A stretch of DNA of 64,000 bases. Source: Planctomycetota bacterium (lineage in GTDB: Bacteria; Planctomycetota; Planctomycetia; JALXBF01). Positions within the stretch are counted from its first letter, which is position 1. The number at the start of each line of letters is the position of its first letter. The stretch lies in assembly GCA_026991575.1 (NCBI GenBank), contig JALXBF010000065.1:1-64000 (forward strand), given 5' to 3'. The notes beneath the pieces were generated by a model, which saw only the letters and a program-made list of their open reading frames with translations, was not told the origin of the DNA and searched no databases. The translations under genes and the position numbers were made by a program. Below, piece after piece: positions 1-10,400 of the stretch.

Positions 1-1619
1 GGATACGCGTACCGGCTGTTCCAGGCAGCTACGGCTTGCACCATCCGTTCGCGAATCACCTGATTGTCGCCATACGCACCGTGCAGGTGAATCGCGTCGT
101 ACGGGTAGGCGTCGCCCCGGCGGCGAAAGCGCTCGATCAGCAGCGGCACAGTCGCTTCCATCAGAGCGACATCCCCGTGGGCGCCGATGAGGCCTGCCTG
201 AGCGTAGTGCTGATGAAACATCGCCAGGACGCGTCGACCGTCCGGTCCCTGCCACCAGGTTGGCGACCGTTCATGGAGCCTGCCGTGGCGCAGCAGCGGG
301 GCACGGATCTGGTTGATGCCCATGCTCAGATAGCGAATACCGCATTCGGCCAGCACCGTTGGCAGTTGCCAGACGTGCGAGGGAGCGTCCGTCAACATGA
401 CGCTCTGCCGCGGGATGCCGTAGCAACGCTCGAACTGCCGTCCCAGGTACATGGCCCGAAACAGTGTCTCACCGCTGCATAGCCCGGTGAGCAGATTCGA
501 ATGCAACGACCCGACAGCCAGCTTGCCGGCAGCGTGCAGGCGTGCCATACGCACGACACGCTCAGCGGGCCGGGTTGCCAGGTAGCGCCGCAGCACCCAG
601 GCGGACTCCGTGTTCCACTTGAAGAACGGATAGCGCCCGGCGAGCGTTACGGCAGCATCGATGTTGCGACAGTGCGCTTCGACGGCTTCATCCTGCAGCG
701 CCGTGTAGCCGATGTCGACATGGGAAGCGGGCGCAAGAAAGATCAGCCACTTGCGTGCCGGCCGCAGCGACGCAACCGATTGAACCTGGCGGTTGCCCAC
801 CGTCAGCGACAGCCGTACCGTCGTCGGCTGGTCCACGTCGGGCAGCAGCAGTTCCAGCACCTGCCGGCCGAACGGATCCGGCGAAAAGGACAACCGCTCC
901 GACCAGCCGCCGGTTGTCTCTGCCGTCAGCTTGCCCGCGCGGAAAAGCGGGGCGCCTTCGGGCACGACGCGCACAAGACGCATCAACCGACCACCACGGC
1001 GCACGTACAGCACGGTTGGGATCAGCCGTAGCCCACACAGCGCGTCGACGGGCTCCTGCCCGTAATGCATCAGCTGCACGGAGTCGTACACGGCCCACGA
1101 GCCGCGGACGGACGTCAGAACCAGGCGATTCTCACCGCGACGCAGCAGGCCGGCGTCGATTGGAATAACCCGCTTCTGGAGCTGTATCGCGCGTGGATCG
1201 GTCAGCGCTAGGCCTCTACCCGGTCGGAGCACCAGCTTGGTGTTTTGGCCGTTGACCTCAACGCGTAGAACCGGCGGCAACCGCGGGTGAGCGTCCAGGA
1301 ACCGAAGGTGGAGTTCGTACCAGCCGGTGGGCTGCTCGACCAACTGGAACCGCACCTCGAATCGGTGAGGCCGGCTACCTGCCCAGCGATCTGCGGGTCC
1401 AGGCTGGACGTACGGCCACGCTTGGCGGGCCCTATCCTGACCCGGTCGGAACAGGATGTGCTCGGAGAAAACGCTGGCGAACTGCTGGTACCGGCTGGCC
1501 AGGGCAAGCTCGCTGTAGCTGCCGTCGGGCCGACCCACCGACCAGACTACCTCCGCTTGACGTTGGGCGGTGGCTGCCAAGAAGGCGATCGCCAGGAGCA
1601 GATACACGCTTGGTGCCAT
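1..1619 (-). CDS. Secreted GH38-like (alpha-mannosidase family) glycoside hydrolase with N-terminal beta-sandwich domain; 3' end runs off the window
   Basis: Absent from the ORF track; translated by hand from ATG at 1619 with no stop to the window edge. Signal peptide MAPSVYLLLAIAFLAATA; motifs SHVDIGYT, FKWNTESAW, MLTDAPSH, WWQGPDGRRVL, YGDN, WNSRYAYP. Confidence 0.75.
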   Translation of the reverse strand, partial: MAPSVYLLLAIAFLAATAQRQAEVVWSVGRPDGSYSELALASRYQQFASVFSEHILFRPGQDRARQAWPYVQPGPADRWAGSRPHRFEVRFQLVEQPTGWYELHLRFLDAHPRLPPVLRVEVNGQNTKLVLRPGRGLALTDPRAIQLQKRVIPIDAGLLRRGENRLVLTSVRGSWAVYDSVQLMHYGQEPVDALCGLRLIPTVLYVRRGGRLMRLVRVVPEGAPLFRAGKLTAETTGGWSERLSFSPDPFGRQVLELLLPDVDQPTTVRLSLTVGNRQVQSVASLRPARKWLIFLAPASHVDIGYTALQDEAVEAHCRNIDAAVTLAGRYPFFKWNTESAWVLRRYLATRPAERVVRMARLHAAGKLAVGSLHSNLLTGLCSGETLFRAMYLGRQFERCYGIPRQSVMLTDAPSHVWQLPTVLAECGIRYLSMGINQIRAPLLRHGRLHERSPTWWQGPDGRRVLAMFHQHYAQAGLIGAHGDVALMEATVPLLIERFRRRGDAYPYDAIHLHGAYGDNQVIRERMVQAVAAWNSRYAY

Positions 1620-1922
1620 GGGAGCACTCCGAACTTGGCTAATCTCATGAAAGCACATCTACTATGAACAGTTTATCATCCCACGGACGGGGCCAATGCC
1701 GGTGGGCCGCGTCGGTTGGAAGAACGAGGCCGGGACTGGCCGCGGTTGCGTTGGGCCAACGTTGTTGCGTACTATCAGCTAGCGTTGCCTTCCGGGGCTG
1801 CGCACCGGCACAAGCGGGCCGTCGGCGGGTTGACGGCCGCAGGACGATGCTGCCGCCGGTGCGGCAGCCTCCAAAGAGCTTCCTGTCCTGGCTACACCAG
1901 CCAACCGCAACTGAGGACTGCG

Positions 1923-4900
1923 ATGCGCATGAGAGCAGCTTTCCACCTACCTCTGGTCCTGCTAGTGTCGGTCTCGTGGTCGGCAGCGAGCCTGGCGCAG
2001 GATGGCGGCTGGCGGTTGATCCAGGTGCCCGGCACATGGGAAAGGCAGCATCGGGAGCTTGCAGACTACGACGGCTTCGCTTGGTACCGCTGCTACGTCA
2101 AGGTGCCGGACCGGTGGGCATCGGCGCAGCGCGACCTGTGGGTGCAGTCGGTCACCGTGATCGTTGAGTACGTAGCAGACGCTTATGAGGTCTATCTCAA
2201 TGGCAGGCGGATCGGGTCGAGTGGTCGGTTTCCGCCCCGGTTCGAGCCGGCCGACGAGGGGCAGCAGCGTTACAAGGTGCCGCCGGGGGTTCTGAAGCCC
2301 GGTGTTTACAACACGATTGCGATCCGGATCTACAACCACGATGGGGAAGGGGGGTTCAAAGGTGCGGCTCCGATACTGGCAGGGTACCACAACGAGATTT
2401 CGTTGAAGGGGAAGTGGGAATTTCGTGCTGGTGACGATCCTTCGTGGGCGATCGGGCCGCGGGCCGATCGGCCGGCTGCGGCGGCCTACGACAAGGTTCG
2501 CCCGGCGATTTCACTGCTGAAGATTCCCACCCGTTGGATTCCCGGCCGACGGGTACCACCGGCCGAATCGCTCAGGCTGTTGCGCACGCCTGAGGACCTT
2601 GCCGTTGACCAGCTGCTAACCGAGCCGCTTGTGGCCCAACCCCTCTCGTTGACCTTTGACGAGCGGGCGCGGCTTTGGGTCGTGCAGTACCGCCAGTACC
2701 CGTACCCGGCCGGGCTGCGCATGGTCAGCCGCGACCACTACTACCGCGCCGTGTACGATCGGGTACCCCGTCCGGCGCCGTACGGACCACCCGGTGCGGA
2801 CGTCGTTTCCATTCACCAGGATACCGATGGCGATGGGACGTTCGATCGACACAAGACCTTTCTGACGCGGTTGAACCTGGCAACTAGTGTTACGTTCGGC
2901 TATGGCGGTGTCTGGGTGCTGAATCCCCCATACCTGTTGTTCTATCCAGATCGTGATCGCGACGATGTTCCCGACAGCGATCCGGAGGTTCACCTGATGG
3001 GCTTTGGCATGGAGGACACGCACTCGGTGGCCAATAGCATCGAGTGGGGGCCAGACGGTTGGATCTACGGCGCTCACGGCAGCACGGTCAGTTCGCGGAT
3101 TCGTGTTGTGCGGCGGCGGGCGAGCGCCCGTTGGTTCGAACAGCTCCCGAAAGACCAGGAGGAGACGTACATCGAGGGGGCAGCCATCTGGCGCTATGAT
3201 CCGCGAAGTGGCCGCTTTGAGGTCTATGCGGAAGGGGGAGGGAACGCGTTTGGCATTTACATCGATTCGAAGGGCCGCGTCTTTTCCGGGTACAACGGTG
3301 GCCGTACCCGTGGCTTTTATTACATTCAGGGGGCATACTACGTCAAAGAATCGCCTGGCAAGTACGGTCCGCCGTCGAACCCGTACGCCTTCGGATACCT
3401 CCCCGCCATCAAGAGCCACTCGAACGTGCCGCGGTTCAGCCACGTGTTCATCCTGTATGAGTCCACCGAGCTGCCGGCCCGGTACCACGGCAGGCTATTT
3501 GCGGTGGATCCGCTGCACCAGCGTGTTGTGGCCAGCCGGATAGCGCCGTGGGGTGCGAACTTTCAGACGTGGGATGAGCGTTTTCCGCTGGACGGTTCCA
3601 AGGACGTGGGGTTCCGGCCCGTCGAGCTGGTCGCTGGTCCCGATGGGGCTATTTACGTCGCGGACTTCTATGAGGAGTTCATCGCACACGGGCAGCACTA
3701 CCAGGGGCAGATCGACAAGAACAGCGGCCGGATCTACCGGATACGTCCCAGAACGGACCGATGGGCTTTGCCAACCAACCTCGACCTGGCGCGGCTAAGC
3801 TCTGAGGAACTGCTCCGGCTGCTGACGCACCACAACGTGTGGTACCGCCGCATGGCACTGCGGCTGCTTGCGGAGCGCGGTGACCGTTCTGTGCTCGAGC
3901 CGCTTTACAAGATGCTGCGCGCCGGCGACGGCCAGGCAGCTCTTGAGGCGTTCTGGGCAATCAACCTGCTGGGTGGTTTTGACGAAACGCTCGCGCGCGA
4001 GACGCTACAGCATCCGGATCCGTTCGTGCGGCTCTGGACCGTACGCCTCCTGGGGGACCGGGATCATGTGTCCGCTCAGATGGCCCATGCCTTAGGCCAG
4101 CTGGCACGCAAGGAGCCGCACCCGGAGGTACGAGCACAACTTGCCGCGACGGCTAAGCGGTTGGACGTGGACGCCTGTCTGGCCATCGTGCGGGGCCTCG
4201 TGGAACACGCTGAGGATGTTGACGATCCGTTCCTGCCGCACCTCGTCTACTGGGCGCTGGAGAAGCACGCCGCAGAGCACGTTGCGGAGCTAGTCGAGTT
4301 CTTCCGTGAGAAGGCTCTCTGGAAGCTGCCGTTCGTGCGTGAGTGTCTGCTGGAACGGATCATGCGGCGGTTTGCGGCCGAGGGGCAGCGGCGCCAGCTG
4401 CTCGCCTGCGCACGACTGCTCGAAATGGCACCGGATCGCGAAGCGGTTGACAAGTTGCTTGCTGGCTTCGAAGCTGCGTTTCGCGGCCGGAGCTTGGCCG
4501 CTTTGCCCGAGGAGCTTGTCTCGGCGCTGGCCGAGTCGGGAGGCGGATCGCTCGCGCTGCGCGTGCGGATGAAGAACCCCGAAGCAATCGCTCAGGCGCT
4601 CCGCATGCTGCGGGACCGTTCGCTGGCTGCGGAGCAGCGGGCGCAGCTGGCGGAGGTGCTCGGTGAGATCGGCTGGAAGGCGGCCGTCCCCGAGCTGCTG
4701 CATGTGATTCGCAGTGAGCAAGACGAGAGGCTGCTGACAGCTGCGCTCATTGCTTTGCAGCGCTTCGATGATGAGCGAATCGCCCGCACGATCCTGGAGC
4801 GGTACGCCGCACTGCCGGTGGCCGCCAGGCAGGTGGCCCAGTCGGTGCTTGTGAGTCGGCCCAGCTGGGCAAGGCTGTTTCTCGCAGCAATTGAGAAGGC

Positions 4901-5486
4901 CACAATCGACCGTGCCGATGTCGATCCGGACACGGTCAACCGGCTGTTGATCGTCCCGGACGAGGAGGTGCAGCGCCTGGTAAGGAAACTCTGGCCCGGC
5001 GCCGGCGCGGTCGGAGGTCAGCAACTTCAGCGCGCGATGACCCGCGTGCTCCAAGCAGCGCAACAGCCCGGCGGCGATCCGTATAACGGCCGGCGCGTCT
5101 TCTTGAACGTTTGCGGTAAGTGCCACAAGCTCTTCGGAGAAGGCGGTGTCGTCGGCCCTGACTTAACCACGTACGAGCGACGCGATACCCAGCGGCTAGC
5201 ACTTCAGATTGTCAATCCGAGCCTGGAGATCCGGGAAGGGTTCGAACCGTACGCGATCCTGACGACCGACGGCAGGATCCTGGTCGGCATCATCCAGGAC
5301 CGCGACGAACGCCTCATCCTGCTCAGAACATCCGATGGCGCACTTGTAACCGTCCGTCGCGACGAGATCGAGGAGTTGGTGCGCCAGCCGAAATCGATCA
5401 TGCCCGAAGGACTGTTGGACAGCTTGACCGACGAACAAATCCGCGACCTGTTCACTTACCTACGCGCCGGACAACCAGTTCGCTAG
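1923..5486 (+). CDS. PVC-type haem-binding (CxxCH) putative membrane-bound dehydrogenase with N-terminal sugar-binding jelly roll, beta-propeller, HEAT-like repeats and C-terminal cytochrome c
   Basis: Signal peptide after ATG 1923/1929; YDGFAWYRC and EVYLNG jelly-roll motifs; FDERARLWV, DTDGDG, WGPDGWIY propeller motifs; CGKCH...VGPDLT...SIMPEGL. Confidence 0.85.
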   Translation: MRMRAAFHLPLVLLVSVSWSAASLAQDGGWRLIQVPGTWERQHRELADYDGFAWYRCYVKVPDRWASAQRDLWVQSVTVIVEYVADAYEVYLNGRRIGSSGRFPPRFEPADEGQQRYKVPPGVLKPGVYNTIAIRIYNHDGEGGFKGAAPILAGYHNEISLKGKWEFRAGDDPSWAIGPRADRPAAAAYDKVRPAISLLKIPTRWIPGRRVPPAESLRLLRTPEDLAVDQLLTEPLVAQPLSLTFDERARLWVVQYRQYPYPAGLRMVSRDHYYRAVYDRVPRPAPYGPPGADVVSIHQDTDGDGTFDRHKTFLTRLNLATSVTFGYGGVWVLNPPYLLFYPDRDRDDVPDSDPEVHLMGFGMEDTHSVANSIEWGPDGWIYGAHGSTVSSRIRVVRRRASARWFEQLPKDQEETYIEGAAIWRYDPRSGRFEVYAEGGGNAFGIYIDSKGRVFSGYNGGRTRGFYYIQGAYYVKESPGKYGPPSNPYAFGYLPAIKSHSNVPRFSHVFILYESTELPARYHGRLFAVDPLHQRVVASRIAPWGANFQTWDERFPLDGSKDVGFRPVELVAGPDGAIYVADFYEEFIAHGQHYQGQIDKNSGRIYRIRPRTDRWALPTNLDLARLSSEELLRLLTHHNVWYRRMALRLLAERGDRSVLEPLYKMLRAGDGQAALEAFWAINLLGGFDETLARETLQHPDPFVRLWTVRLLGDRDHVSAQMAHALGQLARKEPHPEVRAQLAATAKRLDVDACLAIVRGLVEHAEDVDDPFLPHLVYWALEKHAAEHVAELVEFFREKALWKLPFVRECLLERIMRRFAAEGQRRQLLACARLLEMAPDREAVDKLLAGFEAAFRGRSLAALPEELVSALAESGGGSLALRVRMKNPEAIAQALRMLRDRSLAAEQRAQLAEVLGEIGWKAAVPELLHVIRSEQDERLLTAALIALQRFDDERIARTILERYAALPVAARQVAQSVLVSRPSWARLFLAAIEKATIDRADVDPDTVNRLLIVPDEEVQRLVRKLWPGAGAVGGQQLQRAMTRVLQAAQQPGGDPYNGRRVFLNVCGKCHKLFGEGGVVGPDLTTYERRDTQRLALQIVNPSLEIREGFEPYAILTTDGRILVGIIQDRDERLILLRTSDGALVTVRRDEIEELVRQPKSIMPEGLLDSLTDEQIRDLFTYLRAGQPVR

Positions 5487-5502
5487 ATCTGGAGTGGAGC
5501 CT

Positions 5503-7251
5503 ATGGCCGCAGGCATGCTGCTCGCCGTCGTTGCTCTCCTCGGCCAGAACCAGCCCGCAACGGCAAGCGAAAGACTGCACCAGCTATTCGAACAAGCGTG
5601 GCAATGGGAGTTGGCCCAGAATCCAACATGGGCCTCGTACCTCGGTGATCTTCGCTACAACGACCGGTGGCCGGACCTAAGCGTTGACGCGATCCGGCGC
5701 CGTGCTGCAAGACGTGCCGAGTTCCTGCGGCGACTGGGCACGATCGATCTGAAGGACCTGCGCGCCGAAGATCGTATTAGCTACCGGATGTTCCAGCGGT
5801 GGTACAGCGAAGCGCTGCGCGAGTATGAGTTCGGCTGGTATGTGCTACCGCTGAATCATCGGGAAGGAATCCAGTCTGCCGATGTGCTCGCCGACGCGCT
5901 CCCTTTCCAAACCGAGAAGCACTACCGGGACTGGCTTCGCCGCTTAGAGACTTTCCCGCGATTCATGGACCAGACCCTGCACTTGCTCAGGATCGGCGTC
6001 CAGCGGGGCATGGTGCACGCTCGCCCGGTCGCAGAGCGCATTCCGAAGCAGATTCGGAAGCAGATCGTGGATAACCCGGAGGACAGCCCGTTCTTCAAGC
6101 CGTTCCGGCGGATGCCGGAGCGGCTTGCGCCGGAGCTACGCGCCGAACTTGCGGAAGAGGCCAAACATCTGATTCGCACTCGCATCGTGCCCGCGTACCG
6201 GCGCATGCTGGAGTTCTTCGAGGACACGTACCTGCCTGCCGCACCCACCCGGGTCGGTATCTGGCAGTTTCCGCGCGGGAAGGAAATGTACCGGTTCTTC
6301 GCACGCAAGTACACGACCACGGATCTTAGCCCGGAAGAGATTCACGCGATAGGTCAGCAGGAAGTGCGACGCATTCGAGCCGAAATGGAAAAGGTAATTG
6401 AACGCACCGGTTTCAAGGGGGATTTTCGAGAGTTCCTGGAATTCCTCCGGACAGACAGTCGATTCTATGCGCGTAGTAGCGAAGAGCTGCTCCGCATCTA
6501 CCGGGCAACCTGCAAGCGGATCGATCCGGCGCTGGTGCGGCTCTTTGGTAAGCTGCCGCGCATGCCTTACGGCGTCATGCCAATTCCTGAGCACATTGCC
6601 CCGGACACGACCACGGCCTATTACCTTCCGCCGGCCGCAGACGGGAGTCGGGCTGGTACGTACTTCGTGAACCTGTACCGACCTGAGACCAGGCCGCTCT
6701 ACGAAGTGGAAGTTCTGTCGGTGCATGAAGCTGTGCCGGGCCACCACCTGCAGATTGCCCTGGCCATGGAACTGAACGGCCTGCCGGCGTTCCGACGCTA
6801 CCGTGGCGTGACGGCGTTCGTAGAAGGATGGGCATTGTACTCGGAAAGCCTCGGCGAGGAGCTGGGACTCTACCAGGATCCGTACTCGAAATTCGGTCAG
6901 TTAACGTACGAGATGTGGCGCGCGGTCCGCCTGGTGGTTGACACCGGCATGCACTACATGGGGTGGTCCCGCGAGCGCGCGATCGAGTTTTTCCTCGAGA
7001 ACACGGCGAAGTCCCGCTTGGACGTGGTCAACGAGGTGGACCGCTACGTTGCCTGGCCGGGCCAGGCTCTGGCGTACAAGATCGGCGAGTTGAAGATCAA
7101 GGAGCTGCGTGCCGAGGCGGAGCAGGTTCTGGGAGAGCGTTTCGACATCCGCGAATTCCACGATGTCATACTCTCCAGTGGGGCGATCCCGCTGGACATC
7201 CTTCAAGACAAAGTCCGCCGATGGATCGACGAGAAGCGACGGTCGCGCTGA
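5503..7251 (+). CDS. DUF885 family protein (putative metallopeptidase-like)
   Basis: HEAVPGHHLQ, FVEGWALYSE, RAVRLVVDTGMH, PGQALAYKIG motifs; signal peptide. Confidence 0.9.
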   Translation: MAAGMLLAVVALLGQNQPATASERLHQLFEQAWQWELAQNPTWASYLGDLRYNDRWPDLSVDAIRRRAARRAEFLRRLGTIDLKDLRAEDRISYRMFQRWYSEALREYEFGWYVLPLNHREGIQSADVLADALPFQTEKHYRDWLRRLETFPRFMDQTLHLLRIGVQRGMVHARPVAERIPKQIRKQIVDNPEDSPFFKPFRRMPERLAPELRAELAEEAKHLIRTRIVPAYRRMLEFFEDTYLPAAPTRVGIWQFPRGKEMYRFFARKYTTTDLSPEEIHAIGQQEVRRIRAEMEKVIERTGFKGDFREFLEFLRTDSRFYARSSEELLRIYRATCKRIDPALVRLFGKLPRMPYGVMPIPEHIAPDTTTAYYLPPAADGSRAGTYFVNLYRPETRPLYEVEVLSVHEAVPGHHLQIALAMELNGLPAFRRYRGVTAFVEGWALYSESLGEELGLYQDPYSKFGQLTYEMWRAVRLVVDTGMHYMGWSRERAIEFFLENTAKSRLDVVNEVDRYVAWPGQALAYKIGELKIKELRAEAEQVLGERFDIREFHDVILSSGAIPLDILQDKVRRWIDEKRRSR

Positions 7252-7433
7252 GCACGGGCCCAAGCGGCTGCACGGCCGGCGCGGTGCCGTGAGGAGAGTG
7301 CCAACCGGCGCTGACTGCAGGCTCTACGCGTGGCAACTTGATTGCAGGCAGCCCGAACGCGGCTACCGTGCGTCCGTGTCCGTCACCGCCCGGTTGCTGG
7401 TTGGGCCGGACGGAGCGTGCCTGTTCCTGAATG

Positions 7434-10400
7434 TCAGCGCACGCGGGCTCCTGGCCAGATAAGCTCCTGGAACCGATCGACCGGTTCCCCGGCTGCCCAG
7501 GCGATGCCTCGAAGCAAGAGCAGCCGATACAGCGGGTCGTCAAAGGTCCAGGAATAGTGGCCTGGGATGCAGACGAAGACGCGCCCCGGGTTGTGCTCGA
7601 CGCACCAGACCTGCGGCCGGTCCTCTCCGTCCTCTCTGCTGGTCAGCAGCACGCGGAGATCATCGCGGCCACGCACAAGGCCCCAGTAGCTTTCGTCCAC
7701 GAGGTCGAGGCCATCCAGTCCGGCAGTGATCGGATGGGGCTGACCCTTGGGAGCACGCAGCGACAGCGGCCCGTGTCGGAAGCGGACGCGTCCGCCAGAG
7801 GCTAGGCCGATCCGCCTGGCGAGCTCTCGCGGCGCCTCACCACCATGCACTGCCCAGTGCACGAAGACAAGTCCGCCACCGCGGGCGAGGAAACGATCCA
7901 TTCTGGGACCTTCGGCGCGGCGAAAGTTGAGCCGCCTGTAGAAAACGATGACGTCTGCCGTTTCGTAGTCTTCCGGCTGCGGCCAGAACCAGCGCGTGAC
8001 AATCTGCACGTCTCTGGCCCCGCCCAACAGCTCTGCCCACGCGCGCTGCCAGGCCGGGTAGTCGTGTTCGTTAGGCCCGTGGTCCTTGGGACCTGCAACG
8101 AGGACGATCTTCAGCGGGCGGAGCGCGTCCGACGGAACTTGCGCCTCGGCCACCCTCTGCAACACGTCTGCCCGGGTTCTCGGTGGCGGGGCGGCCGGCT
8201 CAGCAACCAGCGGCATCCGCGGGGGAGGTAGTAGCAGGAAGGCGAGCACGTCACGCAGCTCTTGCGCGGTCAGTCGCTTGCCGATGTCCTCAGGCATGAC
8301 CGAGCGGGGACTCGGCTGCATTAGTTCGACTTCCGTTCGTTCCACGGTGATCTCTTCCCCTTCGCCTGTCCCGACAATAATCCGGTTGCCCACGGTGCGG
8401 ACCGGCCCGATCAGCACGCGGCCACTTTTCAGCAACAGCCTGTAACTTACGAAATCCGGATTGATCGCGTAGCTCGGCTCAAGGATGTCCCGTTTTACCG
8501 ACTCGTAATCGCGGTGGATCAAGTTGCTGAGGTCCGGTCCGATTTGCCCACCGCGGCCACGGATCCTGTGACACTTGCCGCACGACGCCTTCTTGCCGAA
8601 GAACAGCTGGCGGCCGCGCCCCCAGCTTGCTTCACGGAGTTCGGGCCGAAGTGATCCGAGATCCTCGCCGACAGCTTCGTCTGTTTCCACCGTTGCCCAC
8701 GGCAACAGCAACTTCTCACACGGCAGCGGGCGCCAGCGCGGGTCTTCGTTAGTGCGGTATGCGACAACGAGTCGCACGGGATTAGCTATCGGGCGCAGGA
8801 CCAGTTGTACCGGCCACGCAACGCGTCGGCCAACCGTCACCGTGAATTCTTGCCACCAGCCAACTTGCTGCTCACGTGACAACTCGTGCAACCGCGGTGG
8901 CACAGCGGCTCGGCCGGACACAGTGCTAATTCTGCCCTTGTCCACGGTCAGTTCCAGCGGACAATTCGCCAGGAAGCGTACGGTAACCTCCTCGGGAGGT
9001 AGCTCATCAGCCAGTTCAGTGCCGATTTGCTTTTGCGGGCGGAGCATGTGATCCAGGCGGAGCTGCGTGCGGAAGTGCCAGCGTGTGCCCGCGGCGCGTA
9101 GGTGCCACAACTGGCTATGCGGACGGCTCGCAGCCGTGAACGTGCGCGCGGCGTCGAGGTCGACGTGCGGCAGCCACCCGCCCCACAATTTGCGGCCGTC
9201 CGGGGCGAGGACCTCCAGCAATGTCCCGTTCAGCGTGTAGTCCAGGTCAATGTAGGGATCTTGTCGGATCCCATCACCGTGCCCGGACGCGTCGGCTCTC
9301 GGCAATGTCAGCGCGTACCACACGCCGCGCGCTTGCGGCCCGGTCCGAAACACTAGGGTATGCCCATCGTCCGCCAGGCGGCTGGAGTAGATCGGTAGCC
9401 GATATCTCTTACTGGCCAGTTGCATCTGCACGATCTGGTACGGGGGGGCGAGCGTCTCATAGCGCTCTCCTGCACGTACGAACCTGCCGTAGATTAACTC
9501 GGCCTTCTCATGGATGCTTCTCCAGTGCTCGCCGCGCAATGGGCGATCGAAAACGACATGCAGCTCGGTGGGTGATGCGGCGTACGCAAATACCGGCCGT
9601 GATAGCTCAGACCGGTCTGGCTCGATCTTGTACAAGTGCCCGAAGCCTTCCGGTCCCGTGCCCCAGTCCGGTAAGCCACTGTGCGTGGCTACGACCAGTT
9701 CGCCGTTGGGACCGAGACAGGCGTCCACGGTCAGGTGCTGCAGGCGCGCGATGATCTGCGTGCGTGCCACGTAGCCATACGCTGTGCGCGCCAACGCCGT
9801 GCGATACAAGACACCGCGCGACTCACCGCAGACAAACGCATTACCTCGCCACCATGCGGGCCCAAATACCGGTGCTGCGGACCGGATCGGTTCGTTAAAA
9901 ACCAATCCGCACGCGGACTGGTGTTGTGGGCCGTAGTCATAGAGACTGGGCTCGTCGATCACATTGGGCAGGTAGCGCGGGTGCCTGGGCGGAAAGCCGT
10001 AATGGCGGCCAGGACGGATCCAGAGCAGTTCGTCGAACGGATTGCCGTTGGGCAGCCAGGTTGCCCCTTCTTGATCGGTGCAAAACAGATCCCCGTACCG
10101 ATTGAACGCCAGCGCGACAGAGAACCGGATGCCGGTGCATACCGTCTCACGTCGCCGGAAGTCCGGGGAAACCTTTTGAATCGTGCCGCGTGGGGAGTCC
10201 AGGCGGTAATGAGGCCTGCCCTGGTCATCGACGAGGTAAGGGTTGCCAAAGTTGGCCGTGCCAAGGCCAAAGTACAGATTCCCTTCTTCATCGAGAGCAA
10301 CCCCGAGGGCGTCGACGCCGTGCGGCAGCGGCTCCCAGCCCGACGTGACGACCATCGTCTTGTCGGCACAATCGTCGCCGTCCGTATCGACGATCAACGA